Positions 30,101-41,000 of a DNA stretch of 64,000 bases are shown in pieces; the stretch's first letter is position 1, and every line of letters starts with the position of its first letter. Made by a program: the position numbers and the translations under genes. The notes under the pieces are model-generated. The model ran no database searches and was not told the origin of the DNA. It was given only the letters and a program-made list of their open reading frames with translations. This stretch comes from a virus (Duplodnaviria; Caudoviricetes), in the IMG/VR virus record IMGVR_UViG_3300010149_000008; one strand, given 5' to 3'.

Positions 30101-33100
30101 ACAGCTTTTCATTAAAAAATAATACAAATGATATATGGTCTAGTACTACTAACCAAATTAAATTATCTAACTTTTTAAAATTTATATATATGGGAATATT
30201 CAATGCAACGCTATACAACAAAGAAAACGGAGTTGCAATAGAAGACTCAGGCGGCAATTCAAGAACTATTTTTGAATTCTTAGAGTTTAATTTGTCAAAC
30301 AACACAATAAAAGCTAAAGATATAAACGGATTTAATGCAGGAACTAGCGCAGAATTTAGCTTTTTTGAAACAAAATTTAATCCATACAAGAGCAGTAGTA
30401 ATAATGAAATTAAAGACTTTTTTGCTGAAGAGTTGGGTGATATAGATATACAACATGCGTTTGTAAAGATTTTTGATATAAGCAACAATTTAAGAGGTCT
30501 AACTGAAATTTCACAAGATGAAATATTTTATAACATAAATAACATTTTAGAAGGAAAGTCGCTTGGATCGCCAAACAATTTAGGGATTAGTAACGAAAGA
30601 ATTGTAGATAGAAAAAGAAACAAAAACTCTAATATTTTAGAAAATGCAGTAAAAACTATTTCTGGCAAAGAAATAAAAAGTAAAAATTCTTTTAATTTCA
30701 CTGAAAATAGTACGTATTTGCTTAAGCCTGAAGATAACTTGATTTTTGGCGTAAGCTCAAATTGTAATGGTGAGGTTGCGCCAACAGTAGTAACACTACA
30801 TGATAAACTAGAAATTACTTTAATAGGCAGAGACTTTACTAAAAACAAAAAGCATAGAACAAATGAGTGTAAGTCAATTAGAAAAGTAGTTACAGGTGAT
30901 AGTAATATTCAAAGAATAGGTAGCAGTGTATACCAAACAGAAGACTCTTATTTCGACAGTGTGTGGAATAAAAGCTCTTCTTTTGATAACTTGAAAGATT
31001 TTAACACAAAGTTTGAAATTGGCAAAAACTCTTCTAGGGACTTTGGAACATATACAGGTGTAATAAGCTTTGACAAAGAATTTAACGAAAAAAGCGAAGT
31101 TACTTATAAAGCAGACACAGTTCAACCTTCTTTGGCAAAAGTTTATCTGTCAGAAAGTTGTTTAAATAAAAAACAACTATATAGCATAGATTCTCGAGAC
31201 AGATATGAATTTAATAAAGCTAATAGAAGAAATATTAAACTACCTTCATATAAAATGACTTTTAGCGACAGTATTAAAGAAGAATTTTTGACAGAGTATC
31301 CTAATCGATACTCAAAGGTTGAAACAAACTGGCACAAGACTTTTCATATGCAAGTGTATAAAGAGTTTTTTCAAAGTAGTGAAAACAAAAAAATAGTAGA
31401 TTATTCTTATAATACTTCACTAGCAAAAAGCAATGATATTAAAAGCAATCATTTTGTTTATTTTGATATTAACAGTTATTCAGCTGGATTAAACTATGAA
31501 AATCATACATCATTATCAAAAAAGTATATTGAAAATGGTAACAAAACAATTGTTACTGAAGAAATTGCAGACCCTACATCACCTATTATTAATAAAATAC
31601 CAAGGTACTATAAATCTTTAAAAACATATATGTTACCTTTTTCAAAACATTTTATTGTACAAAATTCTTTAAATATTGAAAATAATTTGTATTCTAGACA
31701 GGACAAGTTTATTAGAAATGATATTCTTATACAGAAAAACTTGACAGATACAGCAGCTTTTGACATTGAAAACTATTCTATCCAATACTTGCTTCACGAC
31801 ATTGAGCCTGAGTATTGTGATTTATCTCAAGACGTCAGTTACAGCCTCTTTGGATTAAATAAAATTCAGTACTCTAGCGGCTGGTGCATTGTATTAGAAG
31901 TTGATTTGCTTTTATTTGACAGCTTACTTTCAAACCTTAGCAGCAAAGACTACGAGCTTTTTAATAGTAGCAAAAAAGATGTAAACCCAGCTGGTGAAGG
32001 CTTTACTGTTACATACTACGAAAAAAATATCTTCCTAAACATTTCAGAAAAGCCACAGACTTTTTCTAGCATTAGTGACATTGATTTGTCAAAAACAGTT
32101 ACTAAAAAGTTTAAATTCATCAAAAAAACTTATGACAATAGCAGTCCTACAGAGTATTTTTTAGTAGCTCCTTTACATTTCTGGGAAACTGGCGAGCTTG
32201 ATACTTCAAAGAATTCTGTCAACAATATTTTTGACAGAGAAAAAGATTCATCAACAACAAGTAGTATTGTAGGCTTTGGCAGGAAGTCAAGTCAGTTTAA
32301 CGACGCAAATAGTTTGGCAAATCCATCTGCAGCTTGGTTTGCTAAATTAGAGGATAATACTAGTATTGCAACTGCAGCTGCAAGTTCTAACATTTATGAG
32401 AATTTTCTAATACTAGAAAGTAATGAAAACTATGAAAATAATTTTGTACATCCACCTTCAACACTTAATAGAAAAATAACAATAACAGGACTTAGTTCTA
32501 CTGCTTTACTAGGTGTTAATGGGCCAATTGCTGGTAGTATTATTAATAACACTTCTATTTTTGTACCATTTAAACAAACTGAGCTAAGTAACAATGCAGA
32601 AGCTTCTGCGCAAAACTTAGTTATAACAAGAAATATTATTTTATCTTATTCAAGTAACAGTCTAAAAGAAAATAGCAATACAGGAAATGCATATAGCATA
32701 TCCAGTAACTTCAGTGAAAGTTTAAATAACAACTTTATACTGAACAAGACAAAGAAACACTTTATTTCAAATGAACATTTAAACAATCAAATAAGTCTAA
32801 TAGCTGGCAAAGCTGCTGATTTGTTAGACATAGATGAAAGTGATACTAACTACAATATTAACGAAAAAGTATATTTATCAAATTGTAAAAAAGTAGTTGA
32901 TAACCATATATTTGATACAAACTCAAACTTTGTCTACAAGATAAAAGAAAAGTACGTTGAAGGAAATAATTTAAACAATCAAGAAAGCTATAAAATTATT
33001 GAGCTAAAAGGTCTGTATAATAATTTTACTATATTCAAGAAAAACAGAATTCTAGAGCAAGAATTAATTTTTGATTTTGAAAGTAAAGATAAACTAAGAG

Positions 33101-33852
33101 TATATGAGGATAAACTGTTAAAAAACGTATCAAGTTATTCTTCTTCTAAAGAATTTAGTACTCCGCACTACGAAATAGTTCTTTCATCAAACTTATCAAC
33201 TGATATAAATATTCCTACATCTGCCAGCGACAGTATTATACAGATACCTTACTCTCACTATAAAGTCGACTCTAGATTTAATCCACAAAGCTTTAATTCA
33301 TCATTTAACGTAGAAATTGAAGATGTTACTGACGCTTTTGATGAAAGTATAGATAATTTAAGTTCAGGATCACCGGTTTTCATGCTTTCAGAGAATCCAG
33401 AAGGATATGAAAGCAAAATAGAGCAAGAAGAAAAATTAAAAGAATTTCTTTACGGTTTTAGTAGAGGAGTTAACAGATATCCAATACAAAGACTAGACGG
33501 CTTTAAATACGGAGTTGAATGTGGAAGTAAAAAAAGCTTAAATCATCACTTTAAAAACAATAGTTTTGGCCAGTCTTCAGATAAAATAATGGGTTCAACT
33601 AATTTTGCAACTGCTAGATTAAACAAACAAGGAAATACAGTTTTTGAAAGAGTTATAGAAAAAAGATTCGTTAATGATAGCTTTGAGTTTGTGTCTACTA
33701 ATGACTATGAAACAACAGTTAGAAGCGACGAAGAAGTATTCAATAAGGATAGATACGGCAGATCTTACTATCCTTATATAGAAGATTCCAGTAATAATTT
33801 ATCACAGCTAAACAGCAACAATCCTTATTTCAATGCTAGCTTTTCTTTTTAA
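27184..33852 (+). CDS. Giant (2222 aa) hypothetical virion/baseplate protein
   Basis: Uninterrupted 6.7 kb ORF, Asn/Ser/Phe/Tyr-rich, in the baseplate operon. The function is not recognisable. Confidence 0.55.
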   Translation: MPKIRKKFITTGIDESYYSIINNINDEYSHAKINDDNDVNSVVIKSGLLSSSSGKYLKHANSEAGTLPSVLQTTGQILQDYNDPFNETNVLEYKSILSNSNVGLPLVTLTQSDGSQQISVGHYMTTDSSLISAGTISKEDSHYVSKYDLSNAKIFDNPNTFNDHMKHNGVSGSVARSIKSSIDSVLLQQTRFNEEYKPFKEDFSSFSIPYESDFYYETIDSEISKNYNLGKQRQIKIILDFSNENSVDLTLLNTKMTFNLPDVTSNYTEDNLISTKYINFIKGDAKASYSSHFLPTAYWNFKKNRWNYLDGNLLEFDSDQESNLDLADFPVTQSSDIKYSYLGAINNTGSSTTISPNFIYSGSSIQSQEIYDKNIKNNVLSVYNKPIVTTPGFRPDGSMTSSSSGSDYNKTAISKITNTYGFPYKQNWQPTNDQLLDMSNYIANDFLLEKISIKGKFTSQGEIPNKKGNFSSGYSQESNALNSTTFNQSYDYKDNFEDYISNNLTFFILNERKGFNHVKQEINAEPLQSYFFSKPLNLSQPIDYYNVKGKKLDSYIGSYSSYENFQNTLNVYSQIIPNTFIYSVNEYNELKLKSNYTITSGVNNTEVKNNNRQNIFHFFENISDSSNNETIDSVYIKNGGINHSLDVLSGNDNKKYNIKLESILLENNTEISKNNFNLNSGRELVTYSNFLIAGKKNNISLDEKTLINIDEKKVIDFNTGEVNININEKEEFIVNSMVKSAHISDYSDESIYKIKSNFKEEIISRQEETSSVNIGIPKAVAQSILTNNLFDFDGSADKDGDELLRILGMPDASKGFGDFNTLTEYINNTQNHGLTDNIITSVDAASQTLTNANCTFLNSIFTTTVKDLADDQLKESNILLYFTYSNSSAVNNEHYSSTSGPSSVNLQDFITYTKTTHPLTGSDINTNIFFNLRFLDPFQTSGISDDFFNLGFLGFNNNYWADFDPAILKGIDYSFSLKNNTNDIWSSTTNQIKLSNFLKFIYMGIFNATLYNKENGVAIEDSGGNSRTIFEFLEFNLSNNTIKAKDINGFNAGTSAEFSFFETKFNPYKSSSNNEIKDFFAEELGDIDIQHAFVKIFDISNNLRGLTEISQDEIFYNINNILEGKSLGSPNNLGISNERIVDRKRNKNSNILENAVKTISGKEIKSKNSFNFTENSTYLLKPEDNLIFGVSSNCNGEVAPTVVTLHDKLEITLIGRDFTKNKKHRTNECKSIRKVVTGDSNIQRIGSSVYQTEDSYFDSVWNKSSSFDNLKDFNTKFEIGKNSSRDFGTYTGVISFDKEFNEKSEVTYKADTVQPSLAKVYLSESCLNKKQLYSIDSRDRYEFNKANRRNIKLPSYKMTFSDSIKEEFLTEYPNRYSKVETNWHKTFHMQVYKEFFQSSENKKIVDYSYNTSLAKSNDIKSNHFVYFDINSYSAGLNYENHTSLSKKYIENGNKTIVTEEIADPTSPIINKIPRYYKSLKTYMLPFSKHFIVQNSLNIENNLYSRQDKFIRNDILIQKNLTDTAAFDIENYSIQYLLHDIEPEYCDLSQDVSYSLFGLNKIQYSSGWCIVLEVDLLLFDSLLSNLSSKDYELFNSSKKDVNPAGEGFTVTYYEKNIFLNISEKPQTFSSISDIDLSKTVTKKFKFIKKTYDNSSPTEYFLVAPLHFWETGELDTSKNSVNNIFDREKDSSTTSSIVGFGRKSSQFNDANSLANPSAAWFAKLEDNTSIATAAASSNIYENFLILESNENYENNFVHPPSTLNRKITITGLSSTALLGVNGPIAGSIINNTSIFVPFKQTELSNNAEASAQNLVITRNIILSYSSNSLKENSNTGNAYSISSNFSESLNNNFILNKTKKHFISNEHLNNQISLIAGKAADLLDIDESDTNYNINEKVYLSNCKKVVDNHIFDTNSNFVYKIKEKYVEGNNLNNQESYKIIELKGLYNNFTIFKKNRILEQELIFDFESKDKLRVYEDKLLKNVSSYSSSKEFSTPHYEIVLSSNLSTDINIPTSASDSIIQIPYSHYKVDSRFNPQSFNSSFNVEIEDVTDAFDESIDNLSSGSPVFMLSENPEGYESKIEQEEKLKEFLYGFSRGVNRYPIQRLDGFKYGVECGSKKSLNHHFKNNSFGQSSDKIMGSTNFATARLNKQGNTVFERVIEKRFVNDSFEFVSTNDYETTVRSDEEVFNKDRYGRSYYPYIEDSSNNLSQLNSNNPYFNASFSF

Positions 33853-33859
33853 TAATTAT
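33852..33859 (+). promoter_or_regulatory. Candidate late promoter motif
   Basis: ATAATTAT(AAAC), 32 nt before 33884. Confidence 0.45.
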
Positions 33860-33883
33860 AAACAAAATACATAGGGACAAAAC

Positions 33884-34975
33884 ATGGCAGGAATACTGGA
33901 TAAAAAAAGTAGAATTATAGATTTTGTTATCACAGAAAATGGTAGATCTCAAATTGAAGATGGAGACATTAGATATAAATTTGCAACTTTCAGTGATAGC
34001 TCTATAGTTTATACTAAAGATCATGAAGCTTCGCAACAAAACAAGTCAGATATTAGCAGCTCAGAAGCAAACTATATTCCAACTGAGATTAATACAAAAG
34101 CAAACAGCACTATTAATCCTGAGTTTGATCTAGGTAAGTTTTTTTCTTATACTAATAGTAATATACTTGATGCAGCTGAAGTTAAAAACAGCATAAACTT
34201 TAATGCATCAGTTGACAATCTTTTGACTAGCGAATCTTTGTCAAATAAACTTAAAAATTTAAGTTTAATAACAACCGAAAATAGCATAAACCCAGATAGA
34301 GCTATAACTTTCATCGATAACGGTTTCATGAAATCTGAAATTGACTTTCAAGGAAAATCAAATAAATATAAGACTATAAATTCTCATAAAATAGAAAGAA
34401 AAAATCTTCCAGTAATTGCATTAGACAAAAGATTTAGCAATAAAATTAACTACAGATTATTAATCCCTAAAGACATTTCAGGTGAAGATTTATATGAAAA
34501 GAGCCAGTTTAAAAACATTAAAAGTCTAGACGAGTTTAACACGACTGGGTTTGTATACTCAAGCTACAATATTAGTGAAACTTCTAATGAAACTTTAATT
34601 CTATCAAGAGAAAAAGAAATATTAAAAGTAATAAATGCTATTGAAAAAGATGAAAGCATCCATAAAAAAGTATATGAGTTAGAAAATAACTCAGAAGAAA
34701 ACACATTTATATTTGAACTACATGAGGCAAGAATAGAAAGTAACGACTTAGAAAAGCTTTCTTTTGTAAAACTAGGAAGCTTTTTTGATAAACTAAATTC
34801 TTCAACTAAACATGTTTATTTAATTGGTAAAGTTGTTAATTCTAGAGAAGACTCGAGTGACTTAGAAGTGCTGTTTAGCTTTAACGATGGAAAGATAAAC
34901 CTTAAAAACAAATCAAAATTTGCTATTTCTGCGTATTATTCTTTTATCACTTTGTTTACAATGGTTATTGAATAA
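33884..34975 (+). CDS. Structural protein with tail-collar-like N-terminus (paralog of 44351-45112)
   Basis: MAGILDKKSRIIDFVITENGR...FATFSDSSIVY parallels MGFLNHSTNNIIIDAVLTERGR...FVFGDDEVDY. Confidence 0.55.
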   Translation: MAGILDKKSRIIDFVITENGRSQIEDGDIRYKFATFSDSSIVYTKDHEASQQNKSDISSSEANYIPTEINTKANSTINPEFDLGKFFSYTNSNILDAAEVKNSINFNASVDNLLTSESLSNKLKNLSLITTENSINPDRAITFIDNGFMKSEIDFQGKSNKYKTINSHKIERKNLPVIALDKRFSNKINYRLLIPKDISGEDLYEKSQFKNIKSLDEFNTTGFVYSSYNISETSNETLILSREKEILKVINAIEKDESIHKKVYELENNSEENTFIFELHEARIESNDLEKLSFVKLGSFFDKLNSSTKHVYLIGKVVNSREDSSDLEVLFSFNDGKINLKNKSKFAISAYYSFITLFTMVIE

Positions 34976-34994
34976 AAAATTTTAGGGATTTAAA

Positions 34995-37900
34995 ATGATA
35001 GAAAATAGATATAAAAACAAAATTATTACTAAGTTTAGCACATCTAAAATAAAAGCAATTGTTCCGTCTATTGTAGAAAATAGTGAATTTTTTTTTAGAA
35101 TACCTGTAGATGTTAACAAAAACAGCGTTTCTTCTACAAATAAAAAATTAAAAATGCAAATAATTTGTCAAGACAGAAATACTTTTGCAAAATCTTTTTC
35201 AAATAAGTTTTATAGCAACACTTCAAACTATAAAGCTTATAATAAAAAAGAAGAAAATTCTTTGTTAAGTAAATTTTTACATAAAAATATTTTTCTAGAG
35301 TATAATAAAAAAAGTAGTAATGCTAATGATTTGGTTTTTAGCTTAGACTTAAATTTAGATAACACTGTAGACAATGAAAACGAAGAAAATAATTTAACAT
35401 CAAATACACATTTTTTTAATTTAACAGCAAATTTTTCTAAAAAGCTTATTAATAAAAATATAAAAAACATAAGAATTTTTATTCTGGATGATAAAAATAA
35501 TATCATAGACGAAACAGATATTTTAGAATGTGATTTTAGATTTATCAAGGAAAAGCAAAAACTAGTTGATGATAAGCTGTTTTATCAAAATTATTTTTTA
35601 AACAATTTTTCAGATAACTTAAAAATATCAGCAAACAAAGAATGTAATACTATTAATATTAAGTCTAGCTCAATTATTGACACGGAAATGTTTGAAAGCT
35701 TTAATGTAAGCTTAACTTATTCTGGCAGAAATAAAACTATTACTTGCCATGATACAGATTTAGACTTTTCTAGTGGCAATTTTATTTTAACTAAAGATGT
35801 TTCTAGCTTTTGTTTTTTTATTGCTGAAGATTATTATCTTGACAATAATCATGAATTTAACTTAAAGATTACAATTGACTTGCTAATAAAAGACAAATCT
35901 ACCAATAAAAGAATATCTAAGAAACAAAAGTCTGTTACACTATTTAAAGAGCTTACTTTTTCTAGAGACAAACTTTTACCTAGAGCTTGCGCTATATACT
36001 TTAAAGACAAGTTTTTCTCTCAAATAATGAAAAAATTGAATCTTAAGCAAAATCTAACTTTAATTAGTGATTCTAAAGTTTTTAATAAAATAAGCATTGA
36101 TAAAAATATTTCAAAAAGTATTTTGGAAGAAATTATTATTAAAGAGATTAAACTAAACAATGTATCTCTAGATAATAAAGCATACAATTTTAAAGATTTT
36201 ACCATAGAAAACTTAATACAGTTTAAAGGCAAAAGCATATCAGATATATTTGAAAATAATCTTTTTGAATACTATTGTAGAACTTCTAACAGAGAAGTAT
36301 TTTTTAGCATTGAAGTTGAATATTTAAATAAAAAGCATAAGTTTGTTTCTAATAAAATTACAAACAATTCCGGTTATGAGACTTCAATAAAAAAGTTAAA
36401 CAGACTTAGCAAAAGTAATATCAATATAGCAAAAGTAAAAGTTAATTCTTTCTTGAATTTAAACGAAAAATCAATATTTGATTTTAGAAACATTTCTTTG
36501 ACTAATTTAAGCTCTTATAACGATCTGGCTTATTCTCTTGGGTATATTTTAAATAATCAAGGTGACATTGAAAATTTTTTAGCTAATTGTATTGTAAAAA
36601 TAGAAAACAGCACAGAAGTAACAGATATTGGAATAACTACATATAATACAAATTATTTCTTTTTTAAAGAGCTCTTTAATATGCAAGAATTCTCTTCGGG
36701 CACAGTTTCAATAAACGAAAGTTATATAGAAAACTTTGTAAAAACAGATGAATACTTTACTATAGTAAACAAAAAAAGAAACGAGATAAACAAGAACATT
36801 ATAGACTTTTTTTTAAGCTCTGACGATTTAACTTCATTTCGAAAGATTTCTAAAGAAAAAAGCCTAAATGTTGAAAATCATATTAGTATAAAGCTTTTAC
36901 CCATACCTGAAATTGTTTCTGCTTATAGAGGCTACGACTTAGACAAGTTAGGAAATCCTATTGATGATTTAATTTATGGTGACATTGAAAACTTGTCTAC
37001 TATAAAAAGTAGAATAGCACGTGAGCTTGTAGTATACCTTTATACAGGCAATACAAATTTAAATTGGAGTAAATTTAACAAGTATAAAAGCATATTAATG
37101 GATAGCACAAAGTCTGAATCAGTTAATAATTATTCTGAGTTTTTTAATGACCTTGTATTTTTAGGAATGAATGAAAATGATTATTTTAAAAAAAGTTTTA
37201 GATATGACAAAAATGAATTATTAAGCTTGCAAAACATTGATGAAGTATATCTAAATTCTTCTATTATAGTCTCAAGTATAGAAGAAGAATTTAATAAAAA
37301 ATATTATGATTTTTCTTTGTCGAACAAAGAAGTTTTTATAGAAAACTCGCCTTTTAGCGTTTTATTTCAAAATAACAGTTACTTATCCGAAGACAATGTT
37401 TATAAACCTAGAGAAATAAAAATTGTCAAGAATGAAAGTGTAAGTGATATAAAAATAAACATTACAAATCTAAAAAACATTTATAGTATAGATCAAATAA
37501 AAGAAGCAAGATATTATGTTAGATGCTCACTTCACTTTTTAATGAAAAAAGACGAAGAAGAACTAAACAGTTTATTGACTGATAATACTGATTTTGTAAC
37601 GACATTTTTTAGTGGAAAAAATTGCATGACTTATAGTTCAAAATACGTTGATAAAAATGCTGCTAGTTTTTCAAATTTAAAAAATGAAATAGATATATCA
37701 AAAATACAGTGTTCTATAGAAAATGATAATATATATTTAGTCATTAATGATGATACAAACGACTTAGATGTATGTAATTTAAATTATAGCTTTTTTGCAA
37801 GTTTTTTTGACTTTTGTAATAACAACAGTATAAATCATTTATTAAAGCCATTGCTAAGATTTAGCGTAGGTTTTAAAGTCCCGCAATCTGATGATTTTAT

Positions 37901-38000
37901 TTTTGGTGTATTTAATCATAGTATACCTTATATTAATCTTAATGATAAAAAACTGTTACTAGATGATTTAAGTAAAATTGACACGCTAATAGTTACATAA
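34995..38000 (+). CDS. Large Asn/Lys/Phe-rich hypothetical protein
   Basis: 1001 aa ORF with SD (AGGG); very AT-rich; no motif recognised. Confidence 0.55.
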   Translation: MIENRYKNKIITKFSTSKIKAIVPSIVENSEFFFRIPVDVNKNSVSSTNKKLKMQIICQDRNTFAKSFSNKFYSNTSNYKAYNKKEENSLLSKFLHKNIFLEYNKKSSNANDLVFSLDLNLDNTVDNENEENNLTSNTHFFNLTANFSKKLINKNIKNIRIFILDDKNNIIDETDILECDFRFIKEKQKLVDDKLFYQNYFLNNFSDNLKISANKECNTINIKSSSIIDTEMFESFNVSLTYSGRNKTITCHDTDLDFSSGNFILTKDVSSFCFFIAEDYYLDNNHEFNLKITIDLLIKDKSTNKRISKKQKSVTLFKELTFSRDKLLPRACAIYFKDKFFSQIMKKLNLKQNLTLISDSKVFNKISIDKNISKSILEEIIIKEIKLNNVSLDNKAYNFKDFTIENLIQFKGKSISDIFENNLFEYYCRTSNREVFFSIEVEYLNKKHKFVSNKITNNSGYETSIKKLNRLSKSNINIAKVKVNSFLNLNEKSIFDFRNISLTNLSSYNDLAYSLGYILNNQGDIENFLANCIVKIENSTEVTDIGITTYNTNYFFFKELFNMQEFSSGTVSINESYIENFVKTDEYFTIVNKKRNEINKNIIDFFLSSDDLTSFRKISKEKSLNVENHISIKLLPIPEIVSAYRGYDLDKLGNPIDDLIYGDIENLSTIKSRIARELVVYLYTGNTNLNWSKFNKYKSILMDSTKSESVNNYSEFFNDLVFLGMNENDYFKKSFRYDKNELLSLQNIDEVYLNSSIIVSSIEEEFNKKYYDFSLSNKEVFIENSPFSVLFQNNSYLSEDNVYKPREIKIVKNESVSDIKINITNLKNIYSIDQIKEARYYVRCSLHFLMKKDEEELNSLLTDNTDFVTTFFSGKNCMTYSSKYVDKNAASFSNLKNEIDISKIQCSIENDNIYLVINDDTNDLDVCNLNYSFFASFFDFCNNNSINHLLKPLLRFSVGFKVPQSDDFIFGVFNHSIPYINLNDKKLLLDDLSKIDTLIVT

Positions 38001-38018
38001 TATAAAAGAGGTTTTAAA

Positions 38019-41000
38019 ATGACTTTACCAACAAATATAGGATTAGGATCAAACAGCGGAATTAGTATAGACAACAATATTTCAGCTGAAGTGCAAATTC
38101 AAAATAATCAAGATGTACGTAATTCTGGTCTTAATGTTGACAATAGTGTGTCTTTAAAGGATTTAATTAATTCTAATAACTTAAAAATTGACACAGATGA
38201 AGTTGCAGTAAATAATTTCATATCAGGCAAAAATTCTCCTGCAAATAAAAATGTTGAACTTGATTTAGTTTTCAGCCTAGAAAACAATAAAAACAATTTC
38301 TTAAGCAATGAAGTTCTGCAAAATATTAAAAACTATAATTTAGATATTATCAGTAATTTTTATGAAAACATTGAAAATAAAGCTTCTATGCTTCTTTCTC
38401 TTAACAACAATGAAGAAAGTTATTTTTCTAATTTTTACAATACAATATCAAATTTCAATACACTTAAAGGTAAGATTAGTGAAGCAATATTAGAAAAATC
38501 AGAAAAAGTTAAAACCAATAACTTTGAAAACATACTAAAAAATTATATTTCATCTTCTAGCAACTCAGAACTTTTTAATTTATTGACTAGCAGTTTTGCT
38601 ATTAATTCTGTAAAAGAAAATAATGAAAAAACTGCTAAAGTTTTAAATAACGTTTTGACTTACGATAGAGTACAAAAAATATTTCCTGCTCAAATTAATG
38701 CGGGCAAATTTATTAAAAAACACTGTCTTTTCGAAGCAAATATTTCAAGAGACTACGAGAGTAAAGAAATAAGAAGTATAATAAACGATGTTAATGTTCA
38801 AAACATAGTTACTATGATTAGAAACTTATACTTTATGTCTCCAAACTCTATGACTGGAAACTATTTGAAAGAAGAAAAATTTAATTTTCTTGACATGTCA
38901 AAAGAAAATTTAAGAATATACACTTCAGAATTTGATGATATTGATTATTTCAACTTTATTAATGAAAACGACAACGTTGACTTTGAAAGCTTTTTAGACA
39001 GAAATACTTTTAAACAAGTAAAAGAGAACGAGCTAACTTATTCTAGAAGCATCACTTTAAATTCTTCTATAGATGAAGCTTTAGGTAAGCAGCATATAGT
39101 CAGCAACATTAAAAGCTATGTTAATGATGTTATGATTGAAAATTTTAAAAATGTTAATCACATAAAAACTACAAACTATTCTAATCTTGGTCTTTTTCCT
39201 CCAAACAGCGTTGTAGCTGCTTTAGAGCTTAATAAAATTTTTACTGGTGACTTTTTTGAAGTAAATCTAGAAAAATATGATGTTCTTAAAGATGTTGGAA
39301 TACAAGACTTAATTTCTTTTATGCTTTTTGGCAACTCTGCTAATAATACTGATAATTTTGCTAATAGACTCTTTAAAGAAAATTATCTTAAACGTAGTAA
39401 TGAAATTATTTATAGATTTAAAAGTCCTATTACTAGATATCAAAACAACAGTAGCTCTAGAAACAACAAAGGAACAATAATATCTTCTGACAGATTTAAT
39501 TTAGATGATTCTAGCTTGCATTATATAAATGATCTATATACTAAAAGCATGATTGATAACTTTGTTAAAAAACAAAAGCTAAACTTTTTAAAAAATAGTG
39601 ATGTAGACTTACAATTCTCAAGAGAAGTTATAGAAAATATAAAGAAGTCTAGAATAAACAAAAAACTTGTTGCATACTGTAAAGAAGATAAACAAAACTT
39701 GTCTGCATTAAATACAGACAATCAATTATTTAAATTGTTTTTTACTGAAGATACTGAAGATGAAAATATTTTTTATAGTCACGCTGATATAGTTTCTAAT
39801 CATAGTGTTGAAGATGCTATTTTTAAAGGCTTGGATAACATGAAGTCATTAGAAATAGAGCCTAATGAAGACTACATTTTAATTAGTAATAATATTAAAA
39901 AAATTATTTCACTTTACTATCAAAATAATAATTTTTTTAGTTCTAGCTTGTTTTTTAAAAACATATTAAAAAGTATGTTAGATGAAATAGATGTAATCGA
40001 AGATATAGATTACGAAGAAAACAATCTGACTCAGGCTTTGTATTTTAATTACTTCAAAAAAGATTTTAATGAAGACACTCAAGCAAAAAAAGTTATAGCA
40101 GAGAGATTTTTAAAAAAAGCTGTGCAACTTGATTCTATATCTTCTTCAGCATTTAAAAGAAATAGAAGCTTAGAAAGCTTCAGATACATGCATGAGAGCG
40201 TAATAGAGGATGACTTTGATAGTGATTCAAAAGAAAGCGTAAAAAGCTATATTGATCAAGTTCTCAGCACATCAGAAAATCTTAAAAAAATTAAATCTTC
40301 AGTTTTTTCTCATAAGAATATTAAAAATTTAAGCATGCTATCAGACTATAAAAGAATTAGTAATTCACAAATAGTAAATAATGGCTACTCTTCTGAATTT
40401 GGTACAAATTTATACGCAGTTTCTTCAATTTTAAATTTAAATCTTATTCCTAACTATTGTTTATTATATAATTTTAAGTCAAGTGGTATCTTTGAAGAAG
40501 ATGCAAAAGTAAGTTATATTATAGAAAATAAAAATAAAGTTTTAGAAAATATTACTTTTGGTGACTTAAATCAAGAATCAGGTGAAAGAGAAATAAAAAG
40601 CACATCATACTTTGTTGACAGATCAATACAAAAATTTGATGTTACAAAGTCACAAGATATTTTGGTAAAAGTTTCTCCTAGACTGTGCATAAACGACAAA
40701 AACAGAGAAGATCATGAGTTTCCTCATATTACAATAAAAGATAATTTTGAAAAAATATTTATAAACGAAAACTACTCAAAGTTTGCTTTCGGTAAAGTAA
40801 TTGATATAATACAGGACATGCTAAGAATGTCTGTAAAAGACTACTTGAAACTATCTATAAGTTCTGAAGGTGATATTGACAGTATTGTTTCTAAAAATCC
40901 TAGTTTAATAGACGAAGTTGTAAGCTTACTTGAATTGTACTCAGAATTTTATCTAATTTATACTTCTAGAATTCAAAGATTGCAATCTTTGAAAATATTT

